A stretch of 64,000 nt of DNA from an uncultured Poribacteria bacterium (GTDB lineage: Bacteria > Poribacteria > WGA-4E > WGA-3G): NCBI GenBank assembly GCA_958296135.2, contig CATQHZ020000001.1:2336001-2400000 (forward strand). Reading direction: 5' to 3'. This document shows positions 56,882-64,000 of this stretch, one piece after another. The position numbers and the translations under genes are program-made. The notes beneath the pieces are model-generated. The model saw only the letters and a program-made list of their open reading frames with translations, did not search any database and had not been told where the DNA came from. Position 1 is the stretch's first letter, and every line of letters begins with the position of its first letter.

Positions 56882-56953
56882 CGTATTCCCCTAGACAATC
56901 GCGGTGGAAAACCGGTAACGACTGCCGTTGCGCGCGTGAAATAAGTCAAAATT

Positions 56954-57192
56954 TCATTTCAAAGTGAGCAAATACGCTAAAAGGACATGTAGTTGCTGCA
57001 CTGAAAGGGTAGCTGCAAAGTTTTCAGGATTTCCACCGTTGTCATAGAGGTGCCGCTTCCTGCCCGTAATCTCCTTTCCATCTTTGGTGACGATGGGCAT
57101 GTCTCATACCGCAGGGCAATGGTTGAGGATAGACACCACGATGAAGCGTCGGGCGCGGGTGCGGGCAATCCGCCCAATGTCTTTAAGCAGCA
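56954..57192 (-). pseudogene. Degenerate fragment of a putative heme-binding (cytochrome c-like) domain
   Basis: Frameshifted pieces read ...RRFIVVSILN / RYET / IVTKDGKEITG / PENFAATLSVQQLHVLLAYLLTLK-stop, resembling the C-terminus of Planctomycete-type heme-binding domains. No start codon or CxxCH remains. Confidence 0.45.
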
Positions 57193-57196
57193 GGAG

Positions 57197-58120
57197 TTAA
57201 ACAACAGACTCGTTTTGCCCTAACAGGGCCTGTTCACCTGCATGATAAGAGCTTCGCACCAACGGCCCCGATTCCACATGCCGAAACCCCATTTCCACCC
57301 CTGCGTCCCTGAGTTCGTCAAATTCTGCCGGCGTGTAGTAACGTTGGACCGGCAGATGGCGCGGTGAAGGTGAAAGATACTGGCCTATCGTCAAAATATC
57401 GCACTCGGTATCGCGGATGTCCTGCATCGTCTCTAAAAGTTCGGTGACAGTCTCGCCCAAGCCTACCATGAGCCCCGATTTCGTCAGGATACGCGCGTCA
57501 AATTGTTTGCCCATTCGGAGCAGAGTGAGCGTCTGGCTGTAATTTGCATAAGGACGAACCCGGCGATACAGCCGCGGTACCGTCTCCGTGTTATGATTCA
57601 GCACCTCCGGTCCCGCTTGGACGATGACCTGAAGCGCGCCCCAGTTTCCCTCGAGGTCTGGGATAAGCACCTCCACTGTGCAGTCCGGGCGATGTTTACG
57701 CGCTTCTTCGATGCAGGCAGCGAAAATGCTCGCGCCGCCATCTGACAAATCGTCGCGGTTAACAGAAGTAATCACAACATGCTTGAGATGCAAATACCCC
57801 ACAGCCTCTCCAAGCCGCCGCGGTTCATCGGCATCGACATACGTAGGGTTCCCTTTTTTCACTGCACAAAACATACATCGGCGCGTGCAAACATCACCCA
57901 GTATCATGAACGTAGCAGTTCGGTTGTTCCAACATTCACCGATGTTCGGGCATCGTGCTTCTTCACAGACGGTGTGGAGTTCCAAGTTCCGCATTAACTT
58001 TTTAAGTTCAGCGTAGTGGCCGCCGCCCGGAATGCGTGCTTTAATCCACGCAGGGTGTCTGCGTTGTGTAGGTGCTGAGTCAAATATCGGAAGCGGTTTG
58101 AGCATTATTTTTATATTCAT
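57197..58120 (-). CDS. lipA: Lipoyl synthase
   Basis: Motifs VCEEARCPNIGEC, CTRRCMFC, HNTETVPRL and GPLVRSSY. Confidence 0.95.
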   Translation of the reverse strand: MNIKIMLKPLPIFDSAPTQRRHPAWIKARIPGGGHYAELKKLMRNLELHTVCEEARCPNIGECWNNRTATFMILGDVCTRRCMFCAVKKGNPTYVDADEPRRLGEAVGYLHLKHVVITSVNRDDLSDGGASIFAACIEEARKHRPDCTVEVLIPDLEGNWGALQVIVQAGPEVLNHNTETVPRLYRRVRPYANYSQTLTLLRMGKQFDARILTKSGLMVGLGETVTELLETMQDIRDTECDILTIGQYLSPSPRHLPVQRYYTPAEFDELRDAGVEMGFRHVESGPLVRSSYHAGEQALLGQNESVV

Positions 58121-58170
58121 GCCAAGCGTTCAATAGAGGGAGCCTTGGCGGGGTGTGCTACAAATAAAGA

Positions 58171-58264
58171 TGGCGGGAGAGGGTGGGAGTCGAACCCACC
58201 TATCCACTTGCATGGACAAGCCGGTTTTGAAGACCGGTAGGGCCACCGGACCCTATCCTCCCCC
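58171..58264 (-). tRNA. selC: tRNA-Sec (anticodon UCA)
   Basis: 94 nt with an 8-bp acceptor stem GGGGGAGG/CCTCTCCC, G discriminator plus CCA, anticodon arm ACCGGT-CTTCAAA-ACCGG, long variable arm and GTGGG-TTCGACT-CCCAC T arm. Lies directly after selB. Confidence 0.95.
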
Positions 58265-58288
58265 ATAATGATACTACGCCTACCGATG

Positions 58289-60244
58289 CTACTTTTGCAA
58301 GCGCGGATGTAACCGGCGGACGTTGTCATCCCGAATCGTGATGTTATTGCCATCACACGCCTCTAAAAAAGGCACGGCATATTTTCGCGAGGTGTGTGCC
58401 AACTCGCGGAATTCTGCAACCGTGATGACATCGTGCCGACGAAGATAGTCTGTTAATAATCGGACCGTCTCGTCAAAAACGGTTTTGTGGACGAAGAAAT
58501 TATCGGCGATTTTCACGAACTGCCCCAACTTCACCAACGCAAAAAAGGTGGATTCAATGACGCGAGGTGTCCAATCCGGCAGTTGCAGGACGACTTCCTT
58601 TAGCGCGGGCGTATTGATACCAGCATCAAAAAATAACTGTTCTAACGTTTCCCGCGCTGTCTCTTCTTCTTCAGAAAACTGAATTTCATGCGATGCCAGC
58701 CGAAGCAGGTTACCCTCTTTCACGAGGTGTGCCTCGGCAATGAGCACTGCTGTCAGTTTCTCAAAGCCGACTTCGTCAAGCGCAAGTTGGCGGCGCAGTT
58801 GCGAGGCATTCTGACCGGCGAGAAGGGGCTGCGCCTCGTGAAATGCCGCTAATGCATCTCTTATGCACTGTTTCGCTTCAACTGTGCGCGCCGCATCTGA
58901 GACAAGCGGAATCCGACTCGATACATCCCAGCGAACGATTTTCCCCTCACGCGCTAACGTCGTCAAGATGGCCGTTACCTCCCGCTGTGATTGCGGCAGA
59001 TAGTAGTGGAGAAACGACTCTGGCACGCACAGCGTCGGTATCTGTGCCAACACGGCGTTCACCACCTGTGCATCGTCTGCTTCTTCCCACGCTGCCAACG
59101 TGGCGATAGTTTCTTCCGTGAACCGCTTATGCTTCGGCGCGAACGGGTTGATAACCACACCGCCGCCTACCGTATGTTGCCCAGAAAAATCGCGTAGAAT
59201 CAGTCTATCGCCCCGAAACGTCAAGATAGAACGTTCTAAACGGAGCTGCACCTGAACGGCATCGCCGGGCAGGAGTGCCTCATCAACAAGGAGAATAAGC
59301 CTGCAAAAGACTTCGCATGTGCCGAGGTAAGCGCGAAGCCGCGTCCAATGCTCCAGAATGCGGGGAAAGGACGATAACACCTGCAGGGAAATGTCAATGT
59401 TGTCTGTCACCTGAGAAAACGCCAGCGGGCAGAGGACATCCCCACGCTGAATATCTTGTGCCGAGGTGCCAGACAGATTCAACGCCGTCCGTTGGCCGGC
59501 TGCCGCGGCCGTGGCAGGTTCATTATGCACCTGAATGCCGCGCACCCGCACCGTGTCACCGCGCGGGAGCAACACCAGCCGTTGCTCACGGTTCATCGCC
59601 CCGCCGATAAGCGTGCCAGTGACGACAACACCGAACCCTTGTATCGTAAAGACTCTATCGACATACAGACGAGGAATCCCATCCCCGCTTCCACCCATCC
59701 GGGCATAACCGCGCTCGCGCTTCAAGGAAACCTGATTCACGATAGTCTGCTTCAGCAACGCAATACCCGCTCCCGTGATGGCGGAAACGCTCACCGTGGG
59801 AATGCCCTCAAGCGTCGTCCCGACGAACATCTCCTGCGTCATTTCTGTTGCTTCCGCCAACTCGCTCGGTGTCGCCAAATCGGATTTCGTCATGACGAGA
59901 ATACCGTTTGAAATGCCCAGTAAATCTAGAATAGCGAGATGCTCCAGCGTCTGTTCCTGAACGCCTTCCTTCGCATCGACGACAAACAGCACCAAATCCA
60001 TACCGTAGGCACCGGAAAGCATATTCCTGATGAATTTCTCGTGCCCGGGCACATCAACGATGCCCGCGCGCGAACCGTCCGGCAAGTCAAAGTAGGCGAA
60101 GCCTAATTCAATCGAAAGGCCGCGTTCGCGCTCCTCTTTGAGCCGGTCTGTCTCCATACCAGTAAGCGTGCCGACAAGCGCGGTCTTCCCGTGGTCCACG
60201 TGCCCCGCCGTCCCGATGATGAGGTGTTGTCTGTCTGGATGCAT
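58289..60244 (-). CDS. selB: Selenocysteine-specific translation elongation factor
   Basis: Motifs GTAGHVDHGKT, DRLKEERERGLSIELGF, DVPGHEKF and TKSD, plus C-terminal winged helix SRKYAVP.LE. Confidence 0.95.
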   Translation of the reverse strand: MHPDRQHLIIGTAGHVDHGKTALVGTLTGMETDRLKEERERGLSIELGFAYFDLPDGSRAGIVDVPGHEKFIRNMLSGAYGMDLVLFVVDAKEGVQEQTLEHLAILDLLGISNGILVMTKSDLATPSELAEATEMTQEMFVGTTLEGIPTVSVSAITGAGIALLKQTIVNQVSLKRERGYARMGGSGDGIPRLYVDRVFTIQGFGVVVTGTLIGGAMNREQRLVLLPRGDTVRVRGIQVHNEPATAAAAGQRTALNLSGTSAQDIQRGDVLCPLAFSQVTDNIDISLQVLSSFPRILEHWTRLRAYLGTCEVFCRLILLVDEALLPGDAVQVQLRLERSILTFRGDRLILRDFSGQHTVGGGVVINPFAPKHKRFTEETIATLAAWEEADDAQVVNAVLAQIPTLCVPESFLHYYLPQSQREVTAILTTLAREGKIVRWDVSSRIPLVSDAARTVEAKQCIRDALAAFHEAQPLLAGQNASQLRRQLALDEVGFEKLTAVLIAEAHLVKEGNLLRLASHEIQFSEEEETARETLEQLFFDAGINTPALKEVVLQLPDWTPRVIESTFFALVKLGQFVKIADNFFVHKTVFDETVRLLTDYLRRHDVITVAEFRELAHTSRKYAVPFLEACDGNNITIRDDNVRRLHPRLQK

Positions 60245-60312
60245 AGGGTTTCATAATCCGTTCGGTAAGCGCGCTTTCAAAGCGCGCCTACGAGGTTTGC
60301 CGCGGAAGCCTA

Positions 60313-61098
60313 TCACTCAACCCCGCCATCTTCCGCGCGGATGAGTTTGCCAATGCGCCCGAAACGCACGTTGCCTACTATCTTCCACACTTCCCACGGC
60401 TTCGCCGGACGATTCGCGAAGGACCAGTATACCATGAACGCCTGCCCTTTGATATCCTCCACGTCCACTGGCCCCCACGTCCGGCTATCGCTACTCTGAT
60501 CTCGGTTATCACCCATGGCGAACACTCTCCCTGCCGGCACGATGAACGGTTTCCCATCAGGAAACTTCCGCCGAAACTGACTCGTTGTCAAGGTGTAGTC
60601 CGCAAACGCCTCGTCATCGGGTAGATACGCAGGCTGCCGGAACGGCGGGAAATCGGAGCCGCGCCTGAAATGGGGATGGAACGCCACATGCTTTGCATAC
60701 CCACTATCGTCAATCGGATTACCGTTGACATAGAGCGTTTCGCCGCGCGTCTCCACCGTATCACCCGCAACGGCAACGATGCGCTTGATGAAATTGCGTT
60801 CCCTATCGTGCGGCGGGATGAAGACGAAAACATCGCCGCGCGCCGGCTCGTGGAAATCAAACACCTTGATGTCTGTCCCCGGAATCTTAACTCCGTAGAT
60901 AAACTTGCACACCAAAATCCGGTCGCCGATGAGCAGCGTGTCCTCCATCGAACCCGATGGAATCTTAAACGCCTCCACGACAAATGGACGGATAAAGCCG
61001 AAAACGAGGATAAGTGCAACAACGATGACCTGGGTGTATTCCCAGATGACGGTTTGGCGGAATTTCTGCCACGGTGATAACTGTGTATCGGTATTCAT
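60313..61098 (-). CDS. lepB: Signal peptidase I
   Basis: Motifs IPSGSMEDTL, FIKRIV and MGDNRDQSSDSR.WG. Confidence 0.9.
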   Translation of the reverse strand: MNTDTQLSPWQKFRQTVIWEYTQVIVVALILVFGFIRPFVVEAFKIPSGSMEDTLLIGDRILVCKFIYGVKIPGTDIKVFDFHEPARGDVFVFIPPHDRERNFIKRIVAVAGDTVETRGETLYVNGNPIDDSGYAKHVAFHPHFRRGSDFPPFRQPAYLPDDEAFADYTLTTSQFRRKFPDGKPFIVPAGRVFAMGDNRDQSSDSRTWGPVDVEDIKGQAFMVYWSFANRPAKPWEVWKIVGNVRFGRIGKLIRAEDGGVE

Positions 61099-61129
61099 TC
61101 AATATGCCTCTCTGTCTCAATCAGTTTTC

Positions 61130-61897
61130 TCAGCGGATTAACTTGCCGACGCGGTCGAACCGGACGGTGCCTACCCATTTCCAGACTTCCCAGAGATGCG
61201 CCGGGTGTCGTGCCGAAAACACCACCATAAACGCTTGTCCCTTGATGTCTTCAACTGCCACCGGCCCCCAAAAACGACTATCGCTACTCATATCCCGATT
61301 ATCGCCCATGGCGAACACCATCCCTGCCGGCACAGTGAATGCGTTTCCCGCCGGAAATTTTCGCCGAAATTGACTCGCCGTCAACGTGTAGTCGGAAAAT
61401 GTCTCGTCATCGGGCAAATATGCAGGGCGACAGAACGGTGGAAAATCCGCAACGCTAAAACGTGAACCCCGCGCAACGTGCTTCGTATAGTCGCTATCGT
61501 CAACCGCCTCACCGTTGACATAGAGCGTTTCGCCGCGCGTCTCCACCGTATCACCCGCGACAGCGACGATACGCTTAATGAAATGATGCGCCCTATCGTG
61601 CGGCGGCAGAAAAACGAAAACATCACCGCGCGCCGGCTCGTGGAAATCAAACACCTTGATGTCTGTCCCCGGAATCTTAACACCGTAGATAAACTTGCAC
61701 ACCAAAACCTGGTCGCCGATGAGCAGCGTGTCTTCCATCGAACCCGATGAAATCCGATACGCCTCCACGACAAACGGACGAATTAAGCCGAAGACCAGGA
61801 TAAGCGAAACGACGATATGCTTGGTGTGTTCCCACGCAAAAATGTGGCGAATTCTCCGCGATAGTGATAAGTGCATGTTTGTATCCATGAATTTCAT
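61130..61897 (-). CDS. lepB: Signal peptidase I (tandem paralog)
   Basis: Motifs ISSGSMEDTL, FIKRIV and MGDNRDMSSDSRFWG. Confidence 0.9.
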   Translation of the reverse strand: MKFMDTNMHLSLSRRIRHIFAWEHTKHIVVSLILVFGLIRPFVVEAYRISSGSMEDTLLIGDQVLVCKFIYGVKIPGTDIKVFDFHEPARGDVFVFLPPHDRAHHFIKRIVAVAGDTVETRGETLYVNGEAVDDSDYTKHVARGSRFSVADFPPFCRPAYLPDDETFSDYTLTASQFRRKFPAGNAFTVPAGMVFAMGDNRDMSSDSRFWGPVAVEDIKGQAFMVVFSARHPAHLWEVWKWVGTVRFDRVGKLIR

Positions 61898-62110
61898 GCT
61901 CCTTCAGGCGGCAAGAAAAACGAGATGCCCGCGCCCATTGTAAAATTTACCCGAATTCCTTTTTAACTTCAAGAGAAAAATTGCAGAACGATTCAGTTCC
62001 CGGATGAACCACATCTGTCCGTTCACATCCAGGGGCAGGAGGAGAAACACCCGCCCTTACCATTAAACGAACGAAAAGTGAAAACGAAATGCCGCTGGAA
62101 AAATTGGCGA

Positions 62111-63913
62111 CTATTCGTCCATCTCCAACATCGCCGTGAACGCCTCTTGCGGGATATCAACGCTGCCGATCTGCTTCATCCGTTTTTTGCCCTCTTTCTG
62201 CCGTTCCAACAACTTGCGCTTGCGTGTAATATCGCCACCATAACACTTCGCCGTGACGTTTTTTCGCAGCGGACGCACCGTCTCACGCGCGACAATCTTG
62301 TTACCAATCGCCGCTTGAATCGGCACCTCAAACATCTGCCGCGGAATCAAGGCTTTCAATTTGCTCACTAAGGCTTTCCCGCGGGCATCTGCCACCTCGC
62401 GCGGCAAAATGGTAGAGAACGCATCGACAGGGTTGCCGTTGAGTAGCACATCAAGTTTCACGAGATTCGCCGGTTTGTAATCACCGATGTCATACTCTAA
62501 TGAACCGTAGCCGCGCGTAAGTGACTTGAGTTTCGGATAGAAATCTGTCAACATCTCGCCGAGCGGCAGCTCATAGAGCAGCTGAACCCGTTGGGCATCC
62601 AACTGATTCATCCGTTTATAGACACCGCGCCGTTTTTGGCACAATTCCATCGCATTGCCGATATATTCGCGCGGCACGATGATGTCAATATTGACATGCG
62701 GCTCCTCAATGCGTTCAATGTGATGCAGTTCCGGGAGATGCGCCGGATTGTCAACCCCGATAAACTCGCCAGATTTTAGAGAGACGCGATACATGACACT
62801 CGGCGCAGTACGCACAAGAACCAGTCCAAATTCACGCTCAAGCCGCTCATGGATAATCTCCATGTGCAGCAGCCCCAAGAACCCACACCGAAACCCGAAC
62901 CCGAGCGCAATCGAGGTTTCCGGTTCAAAGTTGAACGAGGCATCGTTGAGACGCAACTTCTCCAATGCCTCCCGCAGCGCATGGAATTGATGCGTGTCAG
63001 CAGGATAGAGGCCGCTAAACACGAGCGGCTTCATCTCGCGGTATCCGGGGAGCGGTATCGGTGTCGGTGTCGCGTGATGCGTAATCGTATCGCCGATTTT
63101 CGCCTTGTCAATCTCTCGTATCCCCGCAATGATGTAGCCAACGGAACCGGTGTGCAGTGCAGCAACCGGTTGCAGCTGGGGCGTGAAGATGCCTACCTCT
63201 TCCACTTCATAGGCGCGCTGCGTCTCCATAAGTTGAATTTTCTGCCCCGGCTCCACGCTCCCATCAAAAACGCGGGTATACATGATAACCCCGCGATAGT
63301 TGTCATAAACAGAATCAAGGACGAGTGCCTTCAGCGGCGCATCGGTTTCTCCCTGCGGCGGCGGAATGCGATTAACGATAGCGGCTAAGATAGCAGGAAT
63401 GCCAATCCCAACCTTCGCGCTGACGAGCAGTGCCTCGTCGCCGGGGATGCCGACGACTTCCTCGATTTGCCGTCTGACTTCATCAGGGCGCGCAGTAGGC
63501 AAATCGATTTTGTTGATAACGGGGACAATCTCCAAGTCATTATCAATTGCGAGGTAGGCGTTCGCCAAAGTTTGCGCCTCCACGCCTTGCGCCGCGTCCA
63601 CGATTAAAATCGCGCCTTCGCACGCGGCGAGACTTCGAGATACCTCATAGGTAAAATCGACGTGCCCGGGCGTATCAATCAAGTTGAGCTCGTAGGACTG
63701 TCCACCCGTGGTGTAGTCGAGTTTGGCGGCGGTAGCTTTAATAGTAATGCCGCGCTCGCGTTCCAATTCCATCAGATCGAGCACCTGAGCGCGCATCTCG
63801 CGCTCAGCGAGAGTGTTGGTGTGTTCAAGGAGCCGGTCGCTCAGAGTGCTTTTACCGTGGTCGATGTGCCCTAAGATACAGAAGTTTCGGATGTTTTTAA
63901 GCGGTTTTGACAT
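62111..63913 (-). CDS. lepA: Translation elongation factor 4
   Basis: Motifs [37 protein letters not shown] and [14 protein letters not shown]. Confidence 0.97.
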   Translation of the reverse strand: MSKPLKNIRNFCILGHIDHGKSTLSDRLLEHTNTLAEREMRAQVLDLMELERERGITIKATAAKLDYTTGGQSYELNLIDTPGHVDFTYEVSRSLAACEGAILIVDAAQGVEAQTLANAYLAIDNDLEIVPVINKIDLPTARPDEVRRQIEEVVGIPGDEALLVSAKVGIGIPAILAAIVNRIPPPQGETDAPLKALVLDSVYDNYRGVIMYTRVFDGSVEPGQKIQLMETQRAYEVEEVGIFTPQLQPVAALHTGSVGYIIAGIREIDKAKIGDTITHHATPTPIPLPGYREMKPLVFSGLYPADTHQFHALREALEKLRLNDASFNFEPETSIALGFGFRCGFLGLLHMEIIHERLEREFGLVLVRTAPSVMYRVSLKSGEFIGVDNPAHLPELHHIERIEEPHVNIDIIVPREYIGNAMELCQKRRGVYKRMNQLDAQRVQLLYELPLGEMLTDFYPKLKSLTRGYGSLEYDIGDYKPANLVKLDVLLNGNPVDAFSTILPREVADARGKALVSKLKALIPRQMFEVPIQAAIGNKIVARETVRPLRKNVTAKCYGGDITRKRKLLERQKEGKKRMKQIGSVDIPQEAFTAMLEMDE

Positions 63914-64000
63914 AGTTCAGATAGTTTAACACAATTTGGTAGGATTTTCCACAAAAAACGTAAAAACATTAATCTATTTCCCCAGCCTGCCGCAAAGCAT

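Noticed and set aside
56890-57195. Lysine riboswitch upstream of dapB
   Set aside because: The AGAGGTGC-like word is on the wrong strand, and the region is better explained as a protein remnant.

Overview
GC-rich bacterial chromosomal window. Candidatus Poribacteria or a similar lineage is inferred from the secreted WD40 proteins with a 'QDYTQWALPEGAK.RLGKG' N-terminus, the dockerin plus 'LLPNYPNPFNPETW' C-terminal tail, and the PhyH, sialidase-like and PQQ/YCF48 propeller genes. About 45 genes are present. Housekeeping genes are lepA, two tandem lepB, selB with tRNA-Sec, lipA, dapB, a dapL-like aminotransferase, a yitJ-like fusion and potD. Nuclease/methylase genes are abundant: three single-chain R-M-type genes and an AAA + PD-(D/E)XK protein. 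The most unusual features are: (1) a head-to-tail array of seven intact and one internally deleted ~201-aa PD-(D/E)XK-like paralogs (19199-23918) with its own promoter, lying just downstream of a Type IIG R-M gene, with mosaic variable patches and mostly in-frame TGA junctions; (2) a four-gene operon encoding a membrane protein, a PspA-like coiled coil, an unknown protein and an AAA+ ATPase, reminiscent of ESCRT-III/Vps4; (3) several GTAG/GTGG-type REP families that nest inside each other (a 50-bp element seen in both empty and filled sites), sit in-frame inside coding regions and supply stop codons. No CRISPR array, transposase, integrase or rRNA was found. All family assignments come from motif recognition, not database searches.
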